From Ignavibacteria bacterium (GTDB lineage: Bacteria > Bacteroidota > Ignavibacteria > Tepidaquicellales > OLB5): DNA of 64,000 bases. The translations under genes and the position numbers were made by a program. Under the pieces are notes generated by a model. That model was not told the origin of the DNA. It saw only the letters and a program-made list of their open reading frames with translations, and made no database searches. The stretch is from the NCBI GenBank assembly GCA_030835025.1, contig JAUQWS010000134.1, positions 2,110-66,109 of the forward strand. The letters are read 5' to 3'. Position 1 is the first letter of the stretch. Each line of letters opens with the position of its first letter. Positions 26,249 to 36,116 of the stretch are shown here, in pieces.

Positions 26249-27544
26249 TTACTTTAATCCCGCGTTTTTGAAGATATAATTCACATTCTTAAACACCTTC
26301 TTCGGATCAAAGATTTCTTCGATATCGGATTTCTTTATCTTGGAGCTTATGAGTTTATCCGCAGCCAGAAGCTTTTTGAAGTCCTCGCCGGTTTTCCATG
26401 ATTTCATGGCATTATCCTGCACAGCCTTGTAAGCTTCTTCACGGGTCAGGCCACACTCAACCAGTTTTAACAATGCGCGCTGGGAGTATATCAAACCGTG
26501 GGTGCGGTTCAGATTAATTGCAATGTTTTCTTTGTTGACTACAAGGCCGTCAATCACTTCTATCATTTTAACCAGCATGTAATACAGGAGCATAGTGCTG
26601 TCAGGGAGTATCATACGCTCAACCGATGAATGCGAAATATCGCGTTCATGCCACAGGTTGATATTTTCCATTGCTGCAAGCGAGTTACCGCGGAGTATTC
26701 TGGATAGCCCCGCAATGCGCTCGCAAATAACCGGGTTCTTTTTATGCGGCATTGCAGATGAACCCTTCTGTCCTTTGGTGAACGGTTCTTCAAGCTCAAG
26801 TGATTCGGTCTTCTGCTGGTGGCGTATCTCCGTTGCGAATTTTTCAAGTGAACTGCCGATTATCGCAAGCGCGGAAAGGTATTCAGCGTGAACATCGCGC
26901 TGTATTATCTGTGTTGCTACGTTTGCAGGTTTAAGTCCAAGCTTTTTGCAGACATACCGCTCAACAAACGGGTTCAAGTGCTCGTACGTACCAACCGCTC
27001 CCGAAATCTTACCTACCGAAGCATTCTTAACAGCAATTTTCAGTCTATCAATATTCCTGTTAATTTCATCATACCATAAAGCAAACTTGAGTCCTAAAGT
27101 GATGGCTTCAGCGTGAACACCGTGAGTGCGCCCCACCATAGGCAGGAATTTATACTTCTTAGCCTTTTTGGCAAGCGATGTTTTGAGCTTGAGCAATTGC
27201 CTTAGAATGAGCTCACCTGCTTCTTTCATCTGGATAGAAAGTGCAGTATCAAGTACATCTGAACTGGTCATTCCGTAATGGATGAAGCGCGAATCGGGTC
27301 CAACATAGCTCCCCACATTTGTCAAAAAAGCTATGACATCATGCTTAACTACTGCTTCAATTTCATTTATCTTTGCAGTGTTGAACTTTGCTTTCTTTTT
27401 GATGTTGGTTAAAGCTTTTGAAGGAACGATTCCAAGCTTGTTATTTGCTTCAGAAGCAAAAATCTCGATCTTAAGCCATATTCGGAACCTGTTCTCATCT
27501 GACCAGATGCCGGCTATTTCGGGGAGAGTATATCTTTCTATCAT
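26249..27544 (-). CDS. purB: Adenylosuccinate lyase
   Basis: 431 aa; signature GSSAMPHKKNP. Confidence 0.95.
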   Translation of the reverse strand: MIERYTLPEIAGIWSDENRFRIWLKIEIFASEANNKLGIVPSKALTNIKKKAKFNTAKINEIEAVVKHDVIAFLTNVGSYVGPDSRFIHYGMTSSDVLDTALSIQMKEAGELILRQLLKLKTSLAKKAKKYKFLPMVGRTHGVHAEAITLGLKFALWYDEINRNIDRLKIAVKNASVGKISGAVGTYEHLNPFVERYVCKKLGLKPANVATQIIQRDVHAEYLSALAIIGSSLEKFATEIRHQQKTESLELEEPFTKGQKGSSAMPHKKNPVICERIAGLSRILRGNSLAAMENINLWHERDISHSSVERMILPDSTMLLYYMLVKMIEVIDGLVVNKENIAINLNRTHGLIYSQRALLKLVECGLTREEAYKAVQDNAMKSWKTGEDFKKLLAADKLISSKIKKSDIEEIFDPKKVFKNVNYIFKNAGLK

Positions 27545-27549
27545 ATTAC

Positions 27550-27557
27550 AAATTTAC
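27550..27557 (-). promoter_or_regulatory. -7 box TAAATTTG upstream of purB
   Basis: TAnnTTTG match on the minus strand ending 6 nt from the purB ATG (near-leaderless geometry). Confidence 0.35.
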
Positions 27558-27606
27558 GGAAATATTGAATTTAAGGGTAGGGAAAAATCAGTTAATTGCA
27601 GTTTAT

Positions 27607-27740
27607 GGTTAATCCAAAGCTGGAGCTTGGGATTGAGGAAGTGTTTTCTATCACTTCCACCGCTCACAATTCGGTATGTCTGATTACAATTGAGAATGAT
27701 TTGAACCCCTCGTTCCCAAGCTCCAGCTTGGGAACGGTAA
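27607..27740. repeat. MITE/REP-like unit: two inverted copies of a 20-24 bp palindrome (27614-27633 tccaaagctggagcttggga; 27713-27736 gttcccaagctccagcttgggaac) flanking 79 bp
   Basis: Read directly. The flanks also match (…gggattgagg / cctcgttccc…). A third copy lies at 44734-44763. Confidence 0.7.
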
Positions 27741-27760
27741 AACATCCGGTTATATGCATA

Positions 27761-27792
27761 AAAAAACCCCGGCTGAGCAAGCCGGGGGTTTA
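27761..27792 (-). terminator. Rho-independent terminator of gene 27827-28336
   Basis: Minus strand reads aaacccccggc-ttgctca-gccgggg followed by TTTTTTT. Confidence 0.8.
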
Positions 27793-27826
27793 CGTGAAAA
27801 CAGGCTCTTAAAGTGGGGAAAGAATA

Positions 27827-28336
27827 TTAATTGCCTGCATTTTCAAACTCTATCGGGAACTTCTCAACTCCCGCTGAAACAAGCTTTTCATTCTGGATCT
27901 CAAAAGATGAAAAATACCAGCTGTTGTCATCTCTGTATGTAACAAAGCATTTACCGTCCTTTACAAGGAAAGCAACTTCAAGGGTTATTTCATACCATTT
28001 GTATGTCTTCTTTTTGACGCGCTTGTAAGTTTGGTTATCAACGTTTTCAAAGAAGTAAACATCAACAGATTTTTTCGGCGTCTCGTCTTTTTCGATTATT
28101 GAAAGCACAATGTCATCTTTACCGTCACCTGAAAAATCACCGTATGCATAACCGGCGACTCTGATATTCCACGGCAGGTTATAGCTGAGCTCATCAAGCT
28201 GCGTTTCTGTAAGAGTTTCGGACATCATGCCCATGAAGTCCTCAAAATCCATCACATCCTGAGATCTTGATTCGGAAGTATAAATGAAAGGAATTATAAA
28301 TAACGTGAGAGCGAAATATTTGATCATTTGATTCAT
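27827..28336 (-). CDS. Hypothetical secreted protein with one FG-GAP/VCBS-like Ca-binding motif
   Basis: Signal peptide; contains YGDFSGDGKDDIVL. No further family recognised. Confidence 0.55.
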   Translation of the reverse strand: MNQMIKYFALTLFIIPFIYTSESRSQDVMDFEDFMGMMSETLTETQLDELSYNLPWNIRVAGYAYGDFSGDGKDDIVLSIIEKDETPKKSVDVYFFENVDNQTYKRVKKKTYKWYEITLEVAFLVKDGKCFVTYRDDNSWYFSSFEIQNEKLVSAGVEKFPIEFENAGN

Positions 28337-28395
28337 TTGAATAATATAATTATAATTTGAGAACTTCTAACCGATACACGGGGTTATACTTTGAG

Positions 28396-28482
28396 CGGAG
28401 AAGGTGGGATTCGAACCCACGGTTCCTTTGCAGGAACAACGGTTTTCGAGACCGCCCGATTCAACCACTCTCGCACCTCTCC
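28396..28482 (-). tRNA. tRNA-Ser (anticodon CGA)
   Basis: 87 nt. Acceptor GGAGAGG/CTTCTCC, anticodon loop CTCGAAA, long variable arm GTTCC-TGCAAA-GGAAC, T arm GTGGG-TTCGAAT-CCCAC. Confidence 0.88.
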
Positions 28483-28574
28483 AATCAAAATACACCTTAA
28501 AGTAATGGAGAAGCTGCTCAAATATAATTATATTATTTTGCTATGTCAAGTACCTATTTACCTAAAGTAGTACT

Positions 28575-30038
28575 TTAAGGTAATCTATTTCTGTAAGTAC
28601 CTGCAAGCTCCAGGGATTTCCTCCCCAGCAGAACGACATATAATACAATTACTGAAAGAATCTCCAATAATAAGCTGTAAATATAGCTTAATTTTAAGAA
28701 ATCAGGTATGAAAATATTAATGGCGTATAAAACAGAAGTAATAATAACCGCCCTGAAAATGAGCTTGAGCTCGTAATTTATCCTGAATATCCTTTGCGAA
28801 AAATAATACAGCACAAAAAACATAATCATGTAAGAAAGCATTGTCGCAATAGCGGCTCCGGTTATGGAATACCTCGGAATGAGTATTAGGTTCAGGATTA
28901 TGTTGGATATACTCCCTATTCCGGAAGAAATGATAAGATATCTGATCTTATTCTGGAAGAAAGATGCAATGTTCAGGTTTACATAGAGTCCGGAAAAAAG
29001 ATAAGCTATCAGTATATAAGGAATAACAACCAGCCCAGGCCAGTACTGGTAATTGAGCAAAGTATAACCTGCAATATTAATCTTAACAAGTTCATCAGCC
29101 AGAAGTGAAAAAGTGAGAAAAACCACGAGTCCGCCGTAACAGAAATATGTAAACACTTTCGAAAAAATCTCTTTATTGCCTTCTTCATCCTTTAAGTTAA
29201 GGAAGAACGGAGTCCACGCAACCTTGAATCCGGTAATAACCAGATTCATTACAATACCGATCCTGTAGCATGCTGAGTATATTCCAACCTCAGCTGAACC
29301 TTTAAAATATTCAAGTATGAATCTATCAATAAGATCAATTGAAATGAGGAAAATTCCGTAATAGAGAAACAGTTGCGCAAACTTTAGTAACCCTTTCACC
29401 CGCTGAAAATTTATATTCAGTGAAAAGTACCTTGTTGAAAATGCCATTGATATTATGAATACGAATGTATATGAGATAAGGTAGGAATAGAAAATTGCTT
29501 CTATCCCCATCTTATAATAAACTATCATTACGATATTTGCAGCAACATTCAGTACTACTGCTGAGGCATTAATTGCGGAATAAAGCTTTGAGCGCTGCAG
29601 GCTGTTTATAAGCACCATGGGGAACCTATACAACGCATCAATAACCAGTATAAATGCAAGCAGCCTTATCAGGTATGCATTGCCTACGTCAGAAGTGAGC
29701 TTTGCGGCGATGAAATCCGACATTAGGTAAATTATGCTGCTGAATAATATTGAGGTGCAGAAGATCAATATCAGGGTTGAGCTGAAAACAGACCGTTTCT
29801 CATCAACAGATCCGGCTTCTATGAAGAACTTCTGGAAAGATGTTTCCATTCCGTACAGATAAAAGACTGCCACGAAAAACCAGAATGAGTAAACAAGCGA
29901 AAATATCCCGTATTCCGCAGGCTGGAAGTACAGCGTATAAATCGGCAGAAGTAAAAATGGCAATAACCGGTTGAATACACTGCCAATAGTGTAGATCACA
30001 GTATCAGAAAATATCCTTTGGATCTGTGTCGGCATCAA
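28575..30038 (-). CDS. Polysaccharide flippase (Wzx-like, MOP superfamily)
   Basis: 487 aa with about 12-14 TM helices and the typical Polysacc_synt layout. Confidence 0.75.
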   Translation of the reverse strand: MMPTQIQRIFSDTVIYTIGSVFNRLLPFLLLPIYTLYFQPAEYGIFSLVYSFWFFVAVFYLYGMETSFQKFFIEAGSVDEKRSVFSSTLILIFCTSILFSSIIYLMSDFIAAKLTSDVGNAYLIRLLAFILVIDALYRFPMVLINSLQRSKLYSAINASAVVLNVAANIVMIVYYKMGIEAIFYSYLISYTFVFIISMAFSTRYFSLNINFQRVKGLLKFAQLFLYYGIFLISIDLIDRFILEYFKGSAEVGIYSACYRIGIVMNLVITGFKVAWTPFFLNLKDEEGNKEIFSKVFTYFCYGGLVVFLTFSLLADELVKINIAGYTLLNYQYWPGLVVIPYILIAYLFSGLYVNLNIASFFQNKIRYLIISSGIGSISNIILNLILIPRYSITGAAIATMLSYMIMFFVLYYFSQRIFRINYELKLIFRAVIITSVLYAINIFIPDFLKLSYIYSLLLEILSVIVLYVVLLGRKSLELAGTYRNRLP

Positions 30039-30041
30039 TAA

Positions 30042-31145
30042 TTAAATAACATTGTGCTTAACATAATACTCATTAAGCTTTTTAAAGACCGATTCGTATG
30101 AATGATACTTTTCGACCCATTTCCTTGAGGCTTTTCTCTTTTTCTGCCTTAGTTTCCCGTCAGTAATCAGCTCAAGTAACCTCTCTGCAAGTGTATCTTT
30201 ATTGGCTACAACAAACGGATTTTCTGGCAGCCACGTATCCATCCCGCAGTTCATATCGGTTATTGTAGGAATTCCCATAGAAAGCGTCTCCAGCGAGTTT
30301 ATTCCGTACCCCGTGCCTCCCCTGTTCCCGATCTGGTCTATAGCAATATGGCAGGTCTCCTTAAGCTTTAACAGTTTCTCTCTTGGTTCGTTTTCAACAA
30401 GAATAAAATCAAAGTTAGCTTTTTTGCTGACTGCATCTATGACGTCAATTATATCATGTGTCCCCTTTATATACCTGTGGGTAGGTGAGTGAATCACTCT
30501 GAGCAGTTTTGCGGAACTGTATACTTCGTCATCAATAAAATTGATCGCGGAATTATCAAACGGAAAGAACAGGAAATTAATATCAGGGTGTCTTAAAGTA
30601 TGGTCATATTCAAATGTCAGGTTCAGGTCGCTTAACTCATCCATTTCTTTGACAATTCCCCTTGTCCTTAAGTCATCGCCAAAATAGCTGTTAACTATCT
30701 TCTTTCCTTTAAGTTTAAAGGTTTTGGCAAGGCGTGAATCACTGTAGAAATCAATTCCCCCGTCAAAATGAATTATGTCAAATGAATCAGCATCAATATC
30801 CTTGAGCGCTGACTGGAACTTGCCTTTATTCCTGTTCTCGCGCAAAGCCATATAGCTTCGTTCAGCGGGATTCTTAGGCGCAAAATACGGCAAATGTGTC
30901 CAGTTATCAATATTATCCTGCTTTATCTTTTTTTGCAGGCTGGCCTGCTTAACTTCCCGCCATTTCATTGCTATTTTACTCCTTGGCAAGGGCAGGTTCA
31001 GGCATACGTCTTCAGGAAAGTCAAACGGAATCTTGTAGAAAGTGATAAGTCTTGCCATCATACCAAACATATTCTGCATGCTCATAACATTGTAGGGGAC
31101 TCCCGCCGTATTTTCAGGAGCTATATGAAGTGCTGATCTATTCAA
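30042..31145 (-). CDS. Putative GT-B fold glycosyltransferase
   Basis: The C-terminal half (IAIDQIGNRGGTGYGINSLETLSMGIPTIT) resembles the GT4 nucleotide-sugar binding region. The N-terminal half is divergent. Confidence 0.45.
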   Translation of the reverse strand: MNRSALHIAPENTAGVPYNVMSMQNMFGMMARLITFYKIPFDFPEDVCLNLPLPRSKIAMKWREVKQASLQKKIKQDNIDNWTHLPYFAPKNPAERSYMALRENRNKGKFQSALKDIDADSFDIIHFDGGIDFYSDSRLAKTFKLKGKKIVNSYFGDDLRTRGIVKEMDELSDLNLTFEYDHTLRHPDINFLFFPFDNSAINFIDDEVYSSAKLLRVIHSPTHRYIKGTHDIIDVIDAVSKKANFDFILVENEPREKLLKLKETCHIAIDQIGNRGGTGYGINSLETLSMGIPTITDMNCGMDTWLPENPFVVANKDTLAERLLELITDGKLRQKKRKASRKWVEKYHSYESVFKKLNEYYVKHNVI

Positions 31146-31163
31146 TGGGCTACTTTCATATTT

Positions 31164-32336
31164 TCAAATTTTAAATGACGCTTTGGCAAAAAGAAATGGC
31201 TTTTTGCCAAGTCTGAAAAAACCATTGTCTTGAGGAATATCAACTCTGGAGTCAAATCCTTCATAGTATTCATATCTCCGGTTGAAAAATTTGTTCATTA
31301 TCCCTGCCCTTAAAAATACATTACTTTCAGGCTCAAAACCAATAGCCGCTTCATACCCGAATTTCTCTATGTCACCGATCATTGGTTCCAGATCAACATC
31401 GGCAAAGAATCCGTCAATCGGAAACCATCTTGCCCTGACTCTAGCCGAAAGAACGCGGTTCAGCTGATTATTTATCAAATAAACATAATAATTATTCAGC
31501 GGCTTATCAAGGGCAGTCATGCTTTCAAAATAATTCGTGACCGAAGTATTTTCAAAATAGAAGTCCTTTTCATAATACCTGAACTCAATTTTGGTGTCAA
31601 CAAAGTTCTTTTTCCACCCGTACAAAATCACCAGACCGAGATTGGCACCTTTTGCGAACGAGCTTAGATTCAGTGCTGCCTCCTGGTAAATGTGTATATT
31701 CCTGCTGATCTTCACATATGAATCAATTGAGGAAATGTTAACATCCTTGCTGCTATTTCCAAAATTAAAATAGTTCATAAAATGTCTGATACTGATAGCA
31801 GAGTCATAACCAACGCTGAATGTGGCTATGTCGTCAGACCCTGTTAATCCGTATCCCATATCCCTTACGGCAATTTCAAGTTTGTTCTTGTAGAACTTCA
31901 CTTCACCTCCCTGAGACTCGAAGTAATCCAGTATAAGTCCCTGGCCCTGCTTTTGTCTCCACAGGTCACCAACATTAAAAACAACTGAATCCAGGATCGG
32001 GAGCCTTATTATCCTTGCCTGGATCGATGGCTTAACCCAAAACCAGAGGTTTTTATCGCTGCCGTATTTCTCGGAAAAATTCCAGTTCTCAGCTACAATT
32101 CTAAGCGGAACCCTTACATTTTTGCCGATCTTTGCAGTTACAACGGAACTGAACATGCCCGAGGCATGATAGAACGGGTCCTGATATTCCGTAACATGCG
32201 ATAAGACAAAGCCTTCTGCATCAATTGTGAAAGATACCGGTACTCCTTTCAAAGTGAAAAGGGTATCAGTATTAATTTGTGAATATAGCGCAGCATTCAA
32301 AAAAAGACAAAAAAACACACATAGGGATTTCTTCAT
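31164..32336 (-). CDS. Hypothetical outer-membrane beta-barrel-like protein
   Basis: Signal peptide, alternating beta-strand pattern and a terminal aromatic residue (..KASFKI). No family recognised. Confidence 0.45.
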   Translation of the reverse strand: MKKSLCVFFCLFLNAALYSQINTDTLFTLKGVPVSFTIDAEGFVLSHVTEYQDPFYHASGMFSSVVTAKIGKNVRVPLRIVAENWNFSEKYGSDKNLWFWVKPSIQARIIRLPILDSVVFNVGDLWRQKQGQGLILDYFESQGGEVKFYKNKLEIAVRDMGYGLTGSDDIATFSVGYDSAISIRHFMNYFNFGNSSKDVNISSIDSYVKISRNIHIYQEAALNLSSFAKGANLGLVILYGWKKNFVDTKIEFRYYEKDFYFENTSVTNYFESMTALDKPLNNYYVYLINNQLNRVLSARVRARWFPIDGFFADVDLEPMIGDIEKFGYEAAIGFEPESNVFLRAGIMNKFFNRRYEYYEGFDSRVDIPQDNGFFRLGKKPFLFAKASFKI

Positions 32337-32341
32337 AAGTA

Positions 32342-34168
32342 TTAATTTAGTTCAAACACTTTCATCCATTTTTCAAGCGCAAATGCGCGGTAAAGTACTT
32401 TGTCGTTATAATTACCGGATCTGATAGTATCTATCATCTTGTTTTGATCAATATATTTGCCGGAGCGGAAATCGTTTGAGAATGCATCAATTAAGTAATC
32501 TTTCATCTCCTTAAGCCACTCTTTCTGGGGAACCGAGAATGCGAGTTTTCCTTTCCTCATACGTATATCCTCGGGAATCCTGCCCTTTAATGATTCACGA
32601 AGCACATGCTTTGTCCACCCTTTTTTTATAAGCTCATCAAGTGGTATCGAGAATATGAATTCGACAAGCCTGTGATCGAGGAAGGGTATTCTTGCTTCGA
32701 CAGAAAATGCCATCGAATTCCGGTCTTCATACCTCAGAAGTGAAGGCAGGGAAATATTCCATAGATTACTGAGCCTGTTTGATCGGAGACTTGTTGAAGC
32801 TATCATTTCGTTGAATATATCACGCCTGTTGTGCGCAACAACAAAATCCTGATCCACAAATGACCTGCTGTTTTTCATAACATGCCGGTAACGAACTGAA
32901 GGTGTGTTAAAATAAACCAGATTCTGCGTGAATTTATTGTATCCTAAGTTTGTTGTGCTTACTCCGTTAAGATACTCAGCTATGAACTTTACGGGATTGA
33001 GTAGTTTTCTCTTCAGGTGAAACGGGAAAAATGAAAAATAACCGAGCAGTATCTCGTCGCTTCCCTGTCCGTCAAGAACTACTTTGATGCCTGTCTCATG
33101 TATTTTTTTGAAGACACTCCACTGTGAGAAAACAGTTGCTCCTGTATAAGGCTCATCCTGGTGGTATGTCATTTTGTCAATATCGCTTCTGAATCCGTTC
33201 AGATCGGGGAACAAATAATATTTCGTAGAGTTAGTCTGCCTGATTACCTCTTCAACAAAGGGGCGTTCATCAATTGCAGGATCATCATAGCACGCCGTAT
33301 ATGTCTTCTGCATTTCGGGCTTGCCTTCGTTGTGCAGTATCTCATGCATTATACAGACAATTGCCGAAGAATCAAGTCCGCCGCTTAAGCAGCTCCCTAC
33401 TTCAACATCACTTCTCAACCTAAGCCTTACGGAATCATACAGCAGATCATAAAAATCAGTATAAAGGTTCTTTGTATCGGTCATCACATCCTGTTCCGGC
33501 AGGTCATACCACCTTGAGACCTTCAGAACATTATCCTTAATTGTAAATTTATGTCCTGCCTGAAGTTTGTGAACATGCTTGAAGAAAGTATTTTCGGTGT
33601 GATCTATGAAATGAAAGACCAGAAAATCATAAATGGTTTCGTCATTTACCGTTCTGTCAATTCCGCAATTGAGTATCTGCTTTATTTCAGAACCGAAAAT
33701 AAGTCTATCATTATCTTTGTAGTAGTATAACGGTTTTATTCCATAACGGTCGCGTGAACAGAACAGGGTTTTCTCCTGTTTATCCCAAATAGCAGATGAC
33801 CACATTCCGTTCAGCTTGTGCAGGCAGTCTTCGCCCCACTCTTTAAAGGCATTCAGAAATACTTCAGTATCTGAATCAGTGTTGAACTTGTGCCCTTTTG
33901 CCAGCAGTTCCTTACGCACTTCCAGATAATTGAATATCTCTCCGTTATAGACAATTACATAGCGATTTTCTGTGTCATAGATCGGCATGTTTGAAATCTC
34001 GCGCAAATCAATAATTGCAAGTCGTGTACTGCCAATTCCAACATTGCCGCTGACAAATACACCGTCACCATCGGGTCCGCGATGATGGATTATGCGGTTC
34101 ATTTCCCGAAGCTGAGCCTCGTTTACATCGGTGCTGTTAAAATTGAATATTCCGGAAATACCGCACAT
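32342..34168 (-). CDS. Asparagine synthase (glutamine-hydrolysing) family amidotransferase
   Basis: 608 aa. N-terminal nucleophile MCGISGIF and PP-loop SGGLDSS. The location in a polysaccharide locus suggests a sugar/EPS amidotransferase rather than housekeeping AsnB. Confidence 0.88.
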   Translation of the reverse strand: MCGISGIFNFNSTDVNEAQLREMNRIIHHRGPDGDGVFVSGNVGIGSTRLAIIDLREISNMPIYDTENRYVIVYNGEIFNYLEVRKELLAKGHKFNTDSDTEVFLNAFKEWGEDCLHKLNGMWSSAIWDKQEKTLFCSRDRYGIKPLYYYKDNDRLIFGSEIKQILNCGIDRTVNDETIYDFLVFHFIDHTENTFFKHVHKLQAGHKFTIKDNVLKVSRWYDLPEQDVMTDTKNLYTDFYDLLYDSVRLRLRSDVEVGSCLSGGLDSSAIVCIMHEILHNEGKPEMQKTYTACYDDPAIDERPFVEEVIRQTNSTKYYLFPDLNGFRSDIDKMTYHQDEPYTGATVFSQWSVFKKIHETGIKVVLDGQGSDEILLGYFSFFPFHLKRKLLNPVKFIAEYLNGVSTTNLGYNKFTQNLVYFNTPSVRYRHVMKNSRSFVDQDFVVAHNRRDIFNEMIASTSLRSNRLSNLWNISLPSLLRYEDRNSMAFSVEARIPFLDHRLVEFIFSIPLDELIKKGWTKHVLRESLKGRIPEDIRMRKGKLAFSVPQKEWLKEMKDYLIDAFSNDFRSGKYIDQNKMIDTIRSGNYNDKVLYRAFALEKWMKVFELN

Positions 34169-35115
34169 CAGTCTGTGCCGCCTTTAACATGTTTAGGAAT
34201 GATTGAAAAAAGTGCAAGCGGAATAAGTATTGTAAAAATGGTTAATGCTTTGTCTATTTCTCTCAGCCTTGCGATGAAGAAGAACGCACCGAAATAGAAC
34301 AGTGGCAGTACAATAAGTGCGCTCCTTTTCAGGAACTCAGGCTTCGAGCTGAATCTTTTGGAAACGAATACAAGCAGGGGAACAATCATAATTATCCAAA
34401 GCGGGATCCAGTCCTTATGAGCTAGATTAAACGCAGCATCCTTTGTGAAGTACCATTCAACTTCACTGCTTCCGGCAGATCCGCCTCTTAACAGATAAAT
34501 AAAAGCATATGCAGCCAGGAAGATCAAAACCAACAAAATACTGTTCAGCCAAATTCTTTTATCCTTAAAATTTCCTGTCCTGCCGAGAAAATAGAAAGCA
34601 ACCAGAATTATTGCCTGTAATTCATTAAAAGCGGCAATAAAGACAAGTGGAAACAGAAACTTGATCTTATCATTAAGGATGAATAGGAAACCCAGTGCCA
34701 TAATTCCCGCAGTTGTCATATCTCCCAGCACATCATAACCTGTCAGCGAGAGAGGTACTAAAAGCGCAAACAAAAGAAGTGAGATGATCGCTCCTATTTC
34801 ATCAAACCAGTGGCTGTAGAACCTGAACAGCACAAAGAGCATGAATGCAAACACAAGAAAGCTCTGGAAGAAATAAGCGAGAACAAACGCCGGTTTTTCA
34901 GGCAAAGCGGTGTTCAATACAGTTCTCCAAACTTCAGTAATATATGGATTGAGCAGCCTGTACTTATAAGGATACTCTATCGTGTTATTGATAATCGTTG
35001 TATGGCGTATAAGTTTAAGCTCGTAATTAGGGGCGTCAACGCGGATGGTAAGATAATATGCAAGTATAAGGGCTCCGAACAGAATAATGAAATTGATTTT
35101 GTTTTTAGTTATCAA
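34168..35115 (-). CDS. Polytopic membrane protein, candidate Wzy-type polymerase
   Basis: 315 aa with about 9-10 TM helices. Functional guess is from context only (next to Wzx, GT and modification genes). Confidence 0.4.
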   Translation of the reverse strand: MITKNKINFIILFGALILAYYLTIRVDAPNYELKLIRHTTIINNTIEYPYKYRLLNPYITEVWRTVLNTALPEKPAFVLAYFFQSFLVFAFMLFVLFRFYSHWFDEIGAIISLLLFALLVPLSLTGYDVLGDMTTAGIMALGFLFILNDKIKFLFPLVFIAAFNELQAIILVAFYFLGRTGNFKDKRIWLNSILLVLIFLAAYAFIYLLRGGSAGSSEVEWYFTKDAAFNLAHKDWIPLWIIMIVPLLVFVSKRFSSKPEFLKRSALIVLPLFYFGAFFFIARLREIDKALTIFTILIPLALFSIIPKHVKGGTD

Positions 35116-35121
35116 ATTCCC

Positions 35122-36090
35122 TTATGATATTAAGTCAAGCTGGAATGAATTCCTGAGTATTCCCCTTGCTCCGAAGCTTTCTTTGAATTTACCAAGCCCC
35201 CAGTTGGGGTCCATGTTAACCGTGAATAATCCAAAATCAAGAAATCCCAGTCCCCTGCTTACAGCATCTTTCATGATAGTATAGAATAAGAGATTCACTG
35301 CTCTGTATTGCTGGTACTCCGGATCATGGCTGATATAAAAAACCAGCACAACGCGGTCATTGCAGTAAAAATTCACAACTCCTGCGATCATTTTATTCTT
35401 TACATATGCTCCGTAGAGCTGTATCTTCTGCGGAAAAAGCTCTTTCAGGAGCTTGAGTTCTTCAAGAGTGTGTGCCGGCTGAACGTTGTGGCGCATTGCT
35501 AGATTGCTCTTCAGAATATCATAGTACTCTTCAAAATCGTTCGACTTTTTCACAACAACGCCCAGTTTTTCAGCCTTTCTGATGGAAGTCCTTGCCTCGG
35601 GCTTGATAAGCTTCATCACATTATTTTCGTCAACGTTAAGGGTTATGACGCTTGTAACTTCCCTTTTCATATAACCGAAACCGTTCTTAATGAACGCAAA
35701 GTCAAGGTAATCGTTGAAGCGATTCTGGTAAACATAAGGAACATTTGTTACAACAATGCGCTGATACTTTTCTTTTAAAGAGTAATCTATAAGGCTTTGT
35801 GTCAGGTCAAAGGCCTGTTTGATGCTCAGACTTTCCTTATGCACAAACCCGCCGTATGATGCGCCCATATGCGACCAGAGAGTCCTGATGCCATCGCGCT
35901 TAATATCTGCGGCACTTAGCAGTGCAGTGATCTTCTTATCTTCGGAAAAAATGAGTGAGTTATCTTTGAATTTATCGGGCGAGTGATATGAAAGGAATCT
36001 GCGTGTGTGAAAGATAGTACCGTTATTTGAAGCAGCGGTAAAATCTTCCCAGGCATCCAGATGTTTTTTTTCGTAATCTATTACTTCCAC
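35122..36090 (-). CDS. FemAB-like / GNAT-fold (aminoacyl)transferase
   Basis: 322 aa. The N-terminal W.DF.....NGTIFHTRRFL pattern and length are typical of FemAB-family EPS-associated proteins. Confidence 0.55.
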   Translation of the reverse strand: MEVIDYEKKHLDAWEDFTAASNNGTIFHTRRFLSYHSPDKFKDNSLIFSEDKKITALLSAADIKRDGIRTLWSHMGASYGGFVHKESLSIKQAFDLTQSLIDYSLKEKYQRIVVTNVPYVYQNRFNDYLDFAFIKNGFGYMKREVTSVITLNVDENNVMKLIKPEARTSIRKAEKLGVVVKKSNDFEEYYDILKSNLAMRHNVQPAHTLEELKLLKELFPQKIQLYGAYVKNKMIAGVVNFYCNDRVVLVFYISHDPEYQQYRAVNLLFYTIMKDAVSRGLGFLDFGLFTVNMDPNWGLGKFKESFGARGILRNSFQLDLIS

Positions 36091-36116
36091 TAATGGGCAA
36101 AATTATATTCAAAAGA

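Noticed and set aside
27554-27942. Track ORFs 27554-27745, 27596-27811 and 27754-27942 in the purB upstream region.
   Set aside because: They are translations of the palindromic repeats and the terminator hairpin, they overlap each other, and they lack start context.
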